A stretch of DNA of 63,884 nucleotides, filler included, from Lama guanicoe (GCA_013239625.1; 200 parts of 200 records of this genome joined end to end with filler, not necessarily neighbours in it); one strand, 5' to 3'. Positions 38,138-48,524 are shown, counted from the first letter of the whole stretch. A program made the numbers and translations. Notes: generated by a model not told the origin, from the sequence alone.

Positions 38138-38286
38138 TTTAAAAAAATTGAAGTATAGTTGATTACAATGCATAAATTTCTGGTATACAGCACAATGTCC
38201 CAGTCTTGCATATACATACATATTTTCATTTTCATACTTTTTTCCATTAAAGGTTATTACAAGATATTGAGCATAGTTCCCTGTGC
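38138..38286 (-). mobile_element. L1 3' terminus (camelid type)
   Basis: attgaagtatagttgattacaatg...tttctggtatacagcacaatgtcccagtc...aggttattacaagatattga. Confidence 0.85.
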
Positions 38287-38386
38287 NNNNNNNNNNNNNN
38301 NNNNNNNNNNNNNNNNNNNNNNNNNNNNNNTTAATTAATTAANNNNNNNNNNNNNNNNNNNNNNNNNNNNNNNNNNNNNNNNNNNN

Positions 38387-38606
38387 GTTCCCTGTGCTAT
38401 ACAGTAGGACCTTATTGTTTATCTATTTTATATATGTTAGAATCTGCAAATTCCAAACTCTTAATTTACCCCTCACCTCCTTCCTTTCCCTTTTGGTAAC
38501 CATGAGTTTGTTTTTATGTCTGTGAGTCTGTTTTTGTTTTGTAAATAAGTTCATTTGTGTGTCATTTTTTAAGATTCCACATATAAGTGATATCATATAT
38601 TTGTCT
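38387..38606 (-). mobile_element. L1 3' UTR fragment
   Basis: gttccctgtgctatacagtaggacctt...ggtaaccatgagtttg...gattccacatataagtgatatcata. Confidence 0.9.
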
Positions 38607-38706
38607 NNNNNNNNNNNNNNNNNNNNNNNNNNNNNNNNNNNNNNNNNNNNTTAATTAATTAANNNNNNNNNNNNNNNNNNNNNNNNNNNNNNNNNNNNNN
38701 NNNNNN

Positions 38707-38926
38707 CAATCTTTATGATTTCTTGCCTTTAACTAGCTTTGGATTTCGTTTCTTATTCTTTCTGTAGGTTCTTTAAGTGTAAAGTTAGGTTGTTTATTTG
38801 AGGTTTTTCTTGTTTCCTGAGGTAAGCTTTTATCACTATAAAATTCCTTCTTAGAAATGCTTTTGCTCTGTCCCATGGGTTTTGGATTATTGTGTTCTCA
38901 TTTTCACTTGTCTCTAGGTATATTTT
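38707..38926 (-). mobile_element. L1 ORF2 fragment
   Basis: tgtaaagttaggttgtttatttgag...ttcctgaggtaagc...ctataaattccttcttagaaatgcttttgct. Confidence 0.85.
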
Positions 38927-39379
38927 NNNNNNNNNNNNNNNNNNNNNNNNNNNNNNNNNNNNNNNNNNNNTTAATTAATTAANNNNNNNNNNNNNNNNNN
39001 NNNNNNNNNNNNNNNNNNNNNNNNNNTCATGTGGCAAGAGAGCCAGCAGAGGTGAAACAGCAATGATGGCAGTAGACACCTCGAGGTCTCCACACGGATG
39101 TGCATCTCATTAAGGCCAGGACAGGCCTCTTACAGGGAAGATTCAAGTGATGCCACCCATCCGGCTAGCCAGAGCTGAATCACAGCAGTATTTCCATGCT
39201 AAAGATGAAGATGTGAGTACCAGAGATTTCCACATATATATTTCCANNNNNNNNNNNNNNNNNNNNNNNNNNNNNNNNNNNNNNNNNNNNTTAATTAATT
39301 AANNNNNNNNNNNNNNNNNNNNNNNNNNNNNNNNNNNNNNNNNNNNAATATCTTGTAAATAAAGTCAGTTGAGCTATAC

Positions 39380-39553
39380 CTTGTTCATCGCCTCGCTATC
39401 TGCCTTATAGCGGAGCAGCTCTGCTGCAATTGATGTATCTTCAGCCAAGACGGCGTAATGCAGAGCAGTGCTTTGACTATCGTCCACAAGATTTGGGTCA
39501 GCACCGTGTTCCAGCAGGACAGTGACACATACTTCTTTCTGGCATTGTACAGC
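39380..39553 (-). CDS. Complete 174-nt ankyrin-repeat exon of an ANKRD26-family gene (ANKRD26/ANKRD7/POTE-like paralog)
   Basis: caacAG|AVQCQKEVCVTVLLEHGADPNLVDDSQSTALHYAVLAEDTSIAAELLRYKADSEAMNK|GTatag. Phase 0-0 exon with no stop. Resembles the AVQCQ..LLEHGADPN..TALHYAV..EAKNK exon of ANKRD26. Confidence 0.88.
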
Positions 39554-40025
39554 CTGTTGGTATCATNNNNNNNNNNNNNNNNNNNNNNNNNNNNNNNNNN
39601 NNNNNNNNNNTTAATTAATTAANNNNNNNNNNNNNNNNNNNNNNNNNNNNNNNNNNNNNNNNNNNNAATAATCCAGCAGAGGTCAATCTGCTGCTGTTTC
39701 ATGAAAATCAAAAAATAGATTTCGAACTGTGTGCTCCTCTCAGTTTTAGAAGAAAAATACATTTTCCACTCGCTCAGCCGCTGTTGTCTCTATCACAAGT
39801 CAAAAGCAAGCAGAAAAAAACTACAGCAAAAATGAAGGAGGAACTGAATCACTGTTTGGCTCCTAACAGTGTAAAAGAATAAGAAGNNNNNNNNNNNNNN
39901 NNNNNNNNNNNNNNNNNNNNNNNNNNNNNNTTAATTAATTAANNNNNNNNNNNNNNNNNNNNNNNNNNNNNNNNNNNNNNNNNNNNTGCAGGGGTCCCCA
40001 GAGTGTGAGTCTGTGGGCTGGGTGG

Positions 40026-40190
40026 TGTAGACTGAGTGTCAGTGTCCCCCAAATGCTTTATTGACACCCTTATCCCCGGGGACTATATTAGGAGGTGAAG
40101 CCTTTGGGAGGTGATAAGGCTATGAATGTGCAGTCCTCCCGAATGGGGTGAGTGCCGCGGATCAAAGAGCCTGACACTCCCTCCCCTCCT
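40026..40190 (+). mobile_element. MaLR LTR 5' part (MLT1A-like)
   Basis: tgtagactgagtgtcagtgtcccccaaat...tattaggaggtgaagcctttgggaggtgata...gaatggggtgagtgcc. Confidence 0.7.
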
Positions 40191-40946
40191 GCCTGCCAGG
40201 CCCCTGNNNNNNNNNNNNNNNNNNNNNNNNNNNNNNNNNNNNNNNNNNNNTTAATTAATTAANNNNNNNNNNNNNNNNNNNNNNNNNNNNNNNNNNNNNN
40301 NNNNNNGTTTTTATCAGGCCCTGTTGATACTAAAAGTTCTCTGGATCGCCTAGCTTACTAGTCTATTATGATCCAGGGAATGTTTACCCTTTGTTGCTCA
40401 TTCCCATACCTAGAATCACACTGTTGCAATTATTTTATGCATGGTTATAAATTTTATGTATTTCTTCAATATGTTTTGCCATCATCAATCTTGTTGTAGG
40501 CCTAGTTACACATTGGGAAATGTAAGNNNNNNNNNNNNNNNNNNNNNNNNNNNNNNNNNNNNNNNNNNNNTTAATTAATTAANNNNNNNNNNNNNNNNNN
40601 NNNNNNNNNNNNNNNNNNNNNNNNNNCAGTGTTGGAAGATTCCAGGTAACCCCAGGACATTTGTATAACCTCTGTCCATTTCTCCTGCCACACATCCCAA
40701 CAACATATTAGTTTAACTCAGTGTCACAATGAAAGGAAGTAGAATACTACTTGGACAGGAAAACTCAAAGGCATCTTTGCCAAAATTATTATGAGATTAA
40801 GATTAATGTCTTTCATACCTTTCTGTACTGACTCAATGAATGAGTANNNNNNNNNNNNNNNNNNNNNNNNNNNNNNNNNNNNNNNNNNNNTTAATTAATT
40901 AANNNNNNNNNNNNNNNNNNNNNNNNNNNNNNNNNNNNNNNNNNNN

Positions 40947-41165
40947 GATCGTCTCTCCACATGCTTAATTCTGAGAGATAAGTGTGTGCGAAATCCATCC
41001 TTCACCTGGCTTATTGGATCACAAAGTTTTATTCATTTGCAAATTACACTACAGAGATATACATGGGGTGGTACTGGCTCCAAATTGGTTTTACAGTGAA
41101 AGCTGCAAGAATTTCAAACAGGCACTAGGAAACAGACTGAGAAACCAGAGTAACTATTTCTCCTG
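40947..41165 (+). repeat. Satellite DNA monomer fragment (~249-bp unit), homologous to 50545-50764 reverse strand
   Basis: 40947-41097 aligns to the 3' part, and 41127-41165 to the 5' part, of the reverse complement of 50545-50764. This is a circular permutation. Confidence 0.8.
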
Positions 41166-41905
41166 NNNNNNNNNNNNNNNNNNNNNNNNNNNNNNNNNNN
41201 NNNNNNNNNTTAATTAATTAANNNNNNNNNNNNNNNNNNNNNNNNNNNNNNNNNNNNNNNNNNNNGAGAGTTTGGACAGGGAAGAGTTCAGCCCGTGGAT
41301 CAAAAACGGAGGGCCTGAGTTATCTTGAGTCTCATACTGGGTCACTGATTCAGACTGTTGGCTGGGAACCTCAGTTCCAGTGTTCCCGGACCTCTGCATG
41401 TGGTCTTTATGTCTACATAGAACCCATCAATGAACCTTCTGAGACAGAGCCAGGTGGAGCTCTATCACCTTATATAAGCTAACCTNNNNNNNNNNNNNNN
41501 NNNNNNNNNNNNNNNNNNNNNNNNNNNNNTTAATTAATTAANNNNNNNNNNNNNNNNNNNNNNNNNNNNNNNNNNNNNNNNNNNNAGAGCCTCTGACCCT
41601 GGGCTCTGGTTTCAGCTGGGTTCCCCTGCCTGTCAGGGTGGAAAGCTCCCGGGTTAGTGCCACCGGGCTGCCTGGAGCAGCCTCAGGGCTGGGGAGGCAA
41701 GGAGGCTGCCCGGCCTGGGCACTTGGTAGAGATCCCCTTTGCCGTCGCTGCCTGGCCCCTCGTGGTGGGAGAGGGTCTCAGGCCTGGCTGGGAAGGAACA
41801 CCCTTNNNNNNNNNNNNNNNNNNNNNNNNNNNNNNNNNNNNNNNNNNNNTTAATTAATTAANNNNNNNNNNNNNNNNNNNNNNNNNNNNNNNNNNNNNNN
41901 NNNNN

Positions 41906-41985
41906 ATGACTGAAACATTGTGCTGTGCACCAGAAATTGACAAAACTTTGTAAACTAATTATACTTCAATTAGAAAATAAAAAAG
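41906..41985 (+). mobile_element. L1 3' terminus with A tail
   Basis: atgactgaaacattgtgctgtgcaccagaaattgaca...ttgtaaactaattatacttcaat..aaaa. Confidence 0.85.
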
Positions 41986-41995
41986 TTTTAGCAAT

Positions 41996-42125
41996 TAACT
42001 CAGCATCTATATCTGGCTCCTCTACTCACGTCTGCAGAGGTTGGGGGTTGAGGTGAAGAGTCCAACCCTCTAATGATGTGGTTAGTTTTCCTGGCAACCA
42101 GCTTCAATCAGGAGGCTACCCAGGA
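41996..42125. mobile_element. MER21-like LTR fragment
   Basis: gtccaaccctctaatgatgtggttagttttcctggcaaccagc...gaggctacccagga. Confidence 0.6.
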
Positions 42126-42545
42126 NNNNNNNNNNNNNNNNNNNNNNNNNNNNNNNNNNNNNNNNNNNNTTAATTAATTAANNNNNNNNNNNNNNNNNNN
42201 NNNNNNNNNNNNNNNNNNNNNNNNNTTCTGTGCATGTCCTCCCCACCCACAAGCCACAGCCTGGCAGCTTGGCCCCTCTATGCTTTGCCAGGAGGGAGGC
42301 TGCTAGAAGCACAGCTCAGCAAGGAGGCAGGTTGGGTGTGCCTGCGCAGAGCAGCGGCAGGAGCCCGCTGGGCACGGCCAGGACTGGCCAGGACTAGTCT
42401 CCCCCACGGCCAAGTGCAGCCAATTCTCTGCTGTGTCTTCCCCCCNNNNNNNNNNNNNNNNNNNNNNNNNNNNNNNNNNNNNNNNNNNNTTAATTAATTA
42501 ANNNNNNNNNNNNNNNNNNNNNNNNNNNNNNNNNNNNNNNNNNNN

Positions 42546-42712
42546 AGGGAACTAGAGTCAATTTCTTGTAATAACATATAATGGAAAAGAATCTAAAGAG
42601 AAAAAATATGTATGTAAGTATACATATACCTGAATTGCTTTGCTGTACACCTAACATTGTAAATCAACTGTACTTCAATAAAAAATAAAATAAAAAAATA
42701 ATTTAAAAAGAT
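42546..42712 (+). mobile_element. L1 3' terminus with A tail
   Basis: agggaact...cttgtaataacatataatggaaaagaatct...ctttgctgtacacct..cattgtaaatcaactgtacttcaataaaaa. Confidence 0.88.
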
Positions 42713-42765
42713 GGAGGGGGAAGGTAGAGCTCAGCGGTAGAGCACATGCTTAGCATGCATGAGGT
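42713..42765 (+). mobile_element. Vic-1-like tRNA-Ala-derived SINE head inserted in an L1 A tail
   Basis: ggggaaggtagagctcagcggtagagcacatgcttagcatgcatgaggt. Confidence 0.85.
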
Positions 42766-42865
42766 NNNNNNNNNNNNNNNNNNNNNNNNNNNNNNNNNNN
42801 NNNNNNNNNTTAATTAATTAANNNNNNNNNNNNNNNNNNNNNNNNNNNNNNNNNNNNNNNNNNNN

Positions 42866-43071
42866 ACAAAGGACAAGTGGCTGAGAAAGAAGTACATAGG
42901 CATGTGGAGTCTGGGATCGATCCATAGGAGAGTGATCATCCCCAAATTACGCTCCAGGGTGACAAGGCAGACAAAGAGAAAACTAACAAATAGTACCATC
43001 TGCAGGTGGAGATGATCTGTGAGGCACAAGAAAAGGAATTCAATCACTGCTGTCTGATTCTTATTTTCCAT
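42866..43071 (-). CDS. Olfactory receptor, family 5-like, N-terminus to TM2 (partial; possibly decaying)
   Basis: MENKNQTAVIEFLFLCLTD...NLGMITLLWIDPRLHMPMYFFLSHLSF has the N-glycosylation site NQT and the LHxPMYFFL motif. Confidence 0.92.
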
Positions 43072-43825
43072 TGGTCATCTGTAATNNNNNNNNNNNNNNN
43101 NNNNNNNNNNNNNNNNNNNNNNNNNNNNNTTAATTAATTAANNNNNNNNNNNNNNNNNNNNNNNNNNNNNNNNNNNNNNNNNNNNAAAAAAAAGAAAGAA
43201 AAAGAGGTAGGGGAGAGAGAAAGCATATACTAGAAATGAAATACCTCATTTCACACATGGTGCAGAGTAGGAGTCATTGGTGATAGATGCCCTCTTTGTA
43301 CAGACTGGCTCTAAGGAATTTTTCCTCGCCCCCATTAGAAGATCGTAGCCCTAGGTGGGGGGAAAAGCAGAAATTCTTTAATAAGTATTATTTTGAGCCA
43401 AAAAANNNNNNNNNNNNNNNNNNNNNNNNNNNNNNNNNNNNNNNNNNNNTTAATTAATTAANNNNNNNNNNNNNNNNNNNNNNNNNNNNNNNNNNNNNNN
43501 NNNNNGACAAGGCAGAGGGCAGAACCCCCGCTGACGGGCCGCCCTGCGGCCGCCTGGAAGGGGAGGCGATGACCGTCTCTGTTGAACCCTCCAACGCCTG
43601 GGGCCTCCGCCCGCCGCGGTGGGACTTGTCCTGATCTGACTGAGACAAAGGCTGGAGCGGCCTTCTTTTAGGTCTCGGGGGATTAGGTGTTTGGGGCCCT
43701 GCTTTGCCTTCCTTTCCACTCTAGCNNNNNNNNNNNNNNNNNNNNNNNNNNNNNNNNNNNNNNNNNNNNTTAATTAATTAANNNNNNNNNNNNNNNNNNN
43801 NNNNNNNNNNNNNNNNNNNNNNNNN

Positions 43826-44045
43826 ATTATAAATAAAGTGTATGTATCTTTTTGAATTAATGTTTTTGTTTTTCTCAGATAAGCCCAGTGGTGAGATTGC
43901 TGGGCCAGATGGAGGTTCTTTTTTTAGGTTTTTGACAAACCTCCATGTTGTTTTCCATAGTGGCTGAATCAATTTACATTCCCACCAACAGTGTACAAAG
44001 GTTCCCCTTTTTCTACATCCTTGCCAACATTTGTTATTTGTGTTC
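43826..44045 (-). mobile_element. L1 ORF2 C-terminal fragment
   Basis: The minus frame gives IQPLWKTTWRFVKNLKKEPPSGPAISPLG, corresponding to L1 QPLWKTVWRFLKKL..PAIPLLG. Confidence 0.9.
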
Positions 44046-44145
44046 NNNNNNNNNNNNNNNNNNNNNNNNNNNNNNNNNNNNNNNNNNNNTTAATTAATTA
44101 ANNNNNNNNNNNNNNNNNNNNNNNNNNNNNNNNNNNNNNNNNNNN

Positions 44146-44365
44146 GTCATTCTAAGTGAAGTAATCCAGAAAGAGAAAGAAAAACACCATATGACAACAC
44201 ATGTGGAATCTAAAAGAAATAAAAAACAGACATAGAAAACAAACTTATGGTTACCAGAGGGGAACGGAGTGGGAAGGGATACACTGGGAGTTCATTTGTA
44301 GATACTGACTGGTAAATATAAAATAGAGCAACAAGTTTACACTGTACAGCACAGGGAACCATAGT
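44146..44365 (+). mobile_element. L1 ORF2 end/3' UTR fragment
   Basis: cattctaagtgaagtaatccagaaagagaaagaaaaacaccatatg...cagacatagaaaacaaacttatggttacca. Confidence 0.88.
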
Positions 44366-45203
44366 NNNNNNNNNNNNNNNNNNNNNNNNNNNNNNNNNNN
44401 NNNNNNNNNTTAATTAATTAANNNNNNNNNNNNNNNNNNNNNNNNNNNNNNNNNNNNNNNNNNNNTCTTTAGGGCCAGATTTTACCAGGTTTGAATCCTG
44501 TGTATTTGAGAAATGATTCATAAAAATCTGAGTTTTTGTTTCTTCAATGCAAGCAGGGAATAGTCTTGCTTACCTCATTGGCTGTAGTGAACGTTAGTGT
44601 CATAATACTGTTTGTGAAGGTGCATATTCTAGGTATTCAGTATATATTGGTTTCCTTCTTTCTCTCTAACTTCATTTCATTTTTTNNNNNNNNNNNNNNN
44701 NNNNNNNNNNNNNNNNNNNNNNNNNNNNNTTAATTAATTAANNNNNNNNNNNNNNNNNNNNNNNNNNNNNNNNNNNNNNNNNNNNACTGTTACCTAGGAA
44801 GGATCACCAGAAAATCAGATTTGTTAAAATTAAGATTTTGACCAAGTATTCCAATTAGCTAGGTTGTTTAAGTGATAAAGGGGGAAATAGGAGCAGAAAC
44901 ACCATAAATGTAAGTTACAGATTTAGACAATTACAGAAGCAAATATTATGATGTTTGCTTATTAGGTTACACTAAAAAAATCATATTTTCCTCTTCTTTA
45001 TTCATNNNNNNNNNNNNNNNNNNNNNNNNNNNNNNNNNNNNNNNNNNNNTTAATTAATTAANNNNNNNNNNNNNNNNNNNNNNNNNNNNNNNNNNNNNNN
45101 NNNNNCCGTCCCGCCGGGGACGCCGGGCGCGGCCAGCCCGCCCCGGAGCCAGGCCCGCGGGCGGCGGCGGCGGCGGAGCTGGGCAGGTGGATGCGGCTGG
45201 AAG

Positions 45204-45325
45204 ATGGCGCCCTCGGGCCCGGGCAGCGTCAGGCGGCGGTGCCGGCGGGTGCTGTACTGGATCCCGGTGGTGTTCATCAGCCTCCTGCTGGGCTGGTCCT
45301 ACGACGCCTACGCCATCCAGCTGTG
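45204..45325 (+). CDS. ZDHHC2: Palmitoyltransferase ZDHHC2 first coding exon, partial; CpG-rich 5' UTR at 45106-45203
   Basis: aagATGG context. MAPSGPGSVRRRCRRVLYWIPVVFISLLLGWSYDAYAIQL(C) matches the remembered human MAPSGPGSSARRRCRRVLYWIPVVFITLLLGWSYYAYAIQLC. Not in the ORF track in this frame. Confidence 0.93.
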
Positions 45326-45745
45326 NNNNNNNNNNNNNNNNNNNNNNNNNNNNNNNNNNNNNNNNNNNNTTAATTAATTAANNNNNNNNNNNNNNNNNNN
45401 NNNNNNNNNNNNNNNNNNNNNNNNNCCCACGCCCCTCCAAATGCAGCACAGGGACCTCCGAATCAAATGTAATTCATGGCTGCTGAATTGCATAAGGTAA
45501 TTTTTGTTGTGCTAGAACATGAGACTTAAAATGAATGAGCTCTAACTTTCCTTTTCAGCTTCTTGACGACGCAGGTAACTAAGGGATCTGACAACGGGCC
45601 AAGCCACCCAGAACACGAAGCAGCAGAGACGCTCATCTGAGAAGANNNNNNNNNNNNNNNNNNNNNNNNNNNNNNNNNNNNNNNNNNNNTTAATTAATTA
45701 ANNNNNNNNNNNNNNNNNNNNNNNNNNNNNNNNNNNNNNNNNNNN

Positions 45746-45965
45746 AGCACCTGACCACAGTGCTGGGAGGGGGCGCAATCTGCCCACCTGCCTCCCCCAA
45801 GTGCATCATCTGACTGCTGCATTGAGAAGGGGAGTCACCCACCCGCCCACCAGATAAGAGCCCAGCACCTGACCCAGTGTTGGGAGGGGGCGTGATCTGC
45901 TAGCTGACAGCCACTAGGAGCAGCACAGAAGAGGGCGCCAACAGAGGGCCTCTGGAAACAGCAAG
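45746..45965 (+). mobile_element. Internally repeated GC-rich fragment, probably a camelid L1 5' UTR
   Basis: The ~38-nt block agcacctgacc(a)cagtg(c/t)tgggagggggcg..atctgc occurs at 45746 and 45864 (period 118). The L1 assignment is from recollection only. Confidence 0.5.
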
Positions 45966-46385
45966 NNNNNNNNNNNNNNNNNNNNNNNNNNNNNNNNNNN
46001 NNNNNNNNNTTAATTAATTAANNNNNNNNNNNNNNNNNNNNNNNNNNNNNNNNNNNNNNNNNNNNTATAGTAAATAACAATCCTAGCTACCACAAGATGC
46101 AAATAAATACAAGAAGCCTCTGGTCTAGAAGCAGGAGGCATGTGCTAGTCCACTTGGTCACAAAGTTCCAAGTGCGCAAAAGTTTCAGCTGAGGTCCAGG
46201 AACACTCTCCGCTGTCCATTACAAATGCAATAAACAATAACAGCCATAGGAATGCCTGAAGTCTTCCTAGAAAGCAAAAGGAAGCNNNNNNNNNNNNNNN
46301 NNNNNNNNNNNNNNNNNNNNNNNNNNNNNTTAATTAATTAANNNNNNNNNNNNNNNNNNNNNNNNNNNNNNNNNNNNNNNNNNNN

Positions 46386-46925
46386 AATTCTTGTGACTTT
46401 TTGCAGTAAAACTAGTCTCAGCCCTTAGCAGACTCCTTTTCATCATTACAGTTTTGCCTTTTCTAGAATTTTATATAAATTAAATCATTTAGTATGTTGT
46501 CTGACGTGTCTGGTTCCTTTCACTAGCATAATTATTTTCAGATTCATTAAGATTCGTTTTTAAAAGACTGTCACTGCCACACTGAATTACGCAGGCACCT
46601 TGGTANNNNNNNNNNNNNNNNNNNNNNNNNNNNNNNNNNNNNNNNNNNNTTAATTAATTAANNNNNNNNNNNNNNNNNNNNNNNNNNNNNNNNNNNNNNN
46701 NNNNNAATTCTTGTGACTTTTTGCAGTAAAACTAGTCTCAGCCCTTAGCAGACTTCTTTTCATCATTACAGTTTTGCCTTTTCTAGAATTTTATATAAAT
46801 TCAATCATTTAGTATGTTGTCTGATGTGTCTGGTTCCTTTTACTAGCATAATTATTTTCAGATTCATTAAGATTCATTTTTAAAAGACTGTCACTGCCAC
46901 ACTGAATTACGCAGGCACCTTGGTA
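46386..46925 (+). repeat. Two near-identical contigs (46386-46605 and 46706-46925), assembly bubble containing an old L1 piece
   Basis: 5 substitutions in 220 nt. The first 49 and last 49 nt are identical. Confidence 0.95.
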
Positions 46926-48304
46926 NNNNNNNNNNNNNNNNNNNNNNNNNNNNNNNNNNNNNNNNNNNNTTAATTAATTAANNNNNNNNNNNNNNNNNNN
47001 NNNNNNNNNNNNNNNNNNNNNNNNNACAAGGATGAGAGGACAAGGAAGTGTGGTCCAAGACCACAGCATGAGAACGGGAAGGATTTCCTTCCGTTTATCT
47101 CTCAAAAACGGATACGACATTCTGGATGGCACCAGCACTGTTCGGCAGCGAGGAGACCAATTTCGGGCTGCGGGACCATTCCAGCAGGCCCTGATGTGTG
47201 ACATAAATAGATATGCTTCCACTGGTGTTTCTGTAGACAGAGAAGNNNNNNNNNNNNNNNNNNNNNNNNNNNNNNNNNNNNNNNNNNNNTTAATTAATTA
47301 ANNNNNNNNNNNNNNNNNNNNNNNNNNNNNNNNNNNNNNNNNNNNCCCTGTCTTTACCAGAAAGTCCAGAAATAGCGTAGCACACGTGGTGTGTATTTGT
47401 ACAGAAACTTCTCCAGGCATTGTAGGCTCCAGACTCTTATCATTTGGGATGTTCAGAACTCCCAGACAGAGTTTAAGCAAGATAGATATTTTTACCTCAG
47501 TCAAATCTGCACATTTATTTAACATGAACCACATCATGTGGTGTTTTGTGTGTGAGCACGCATGCNNNNNNNNNNNNNNNNNNNNNNNNNNNNNNNNNNN
47601 NNNNNNNNNTTAATTAATTAANNNNNNNNNNNNNNNNNNNNNNNNNNNNNNNNNNNNNNNNNNNNTCCCCAAGGTCAGGGAAGGTATTTCTCAGAATTCC
47701 CCTAACAGGGAACATTTGTGAATGAAGAGAGCTGTGTGGAGTTGTCTCTCGAGCTCCCCACGCACTGAGAGTGATTCCGGAATCCAGAGCGTGGGGAGGT
47801 TCCACCAACGGTCGGCAGCACTTGGGTTCTAACGAAATGCCTTAGCTCGTCTCCCCTGGGTTTTTTCCTAATGTCTCTGTGCCANNNNNNNNNNNNNNNN
47901 NNNNNNNNNNNNNNNNNNNNNNNNNNNNTTAATTAATTAANNNNNNNNNNNNNNNNNNNNNNNNNNNNNNNNNNNNNNNNNNNNCTGTAAATCTGGATGA
48001 TAAAATAAATTCAGGTAGTCATATGATACTTGCAGAACTGCCATATGTTTGTCATTAGGTAGCTAAAATACCCAGACAATTGACTGTTGTTTTTTTTCCC
48101 CAATTTTCCTCCAGACGATTCAGTGAAAATGCAGCCAAGGAAATCTTTGAATCATAAATGCTCAACTTTTATAGCAGATTACAAATTTCTACAACCAGCA
48201 CGAGNNNNNNNNNNNNNNNNNNNNNNNNNNNNNNNNNNNNNNNNNNNNTTAATTAATTAANNNNNNNNNNNNNNNNNNNNNNNNNNNNNNNNNNNNNNNN
48301 NNNN

Positions 48305-48524
48305 CCCGGGCCGCGGGGCGGGGCGGGGCGGGGCGGGCCGGGCGCCGCGCCTGCCGTTCGCCTCTCCGGGCTGCAGGTGGGGCTGTGCGGCCGCGCTGCC
48401 TCCAGGAAGCCTCACGGGCCTGCGCCGGCTCCCAGGATGCAGTGTGGACCGGCCGGGCGCTGACGGCGGCGGCGCGTCTGCGGGCGGAGCGGCGCGGGCC
48501 GGCCAGCGAGGAGCGCGGCGACGC
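48305..48524 (+). promoter_or_regulatory. CpG-island promoter fragment with tandem GC boxes (GGGGC)4
   Basis: ggggcggggcggggcggggcggg at about 48315-48337. Very CpG-rich, with G-quadruplex-compatible runs. Confidence 0.7.

Noticed and set aside
38276..38397. 11-nt overlap (gttccctgtgc) suggesting two adjacent contigs are contiguous
   Set aside because: Both are pieces of the abundant L1 3' end, and the overlap is far shorter than the 49-nt graph overlap.
43506..43725. Pro/Arg-rich minus-strand open frames
   Set aside because: Low-complexity GC-rich translation with no diagnostic motif.
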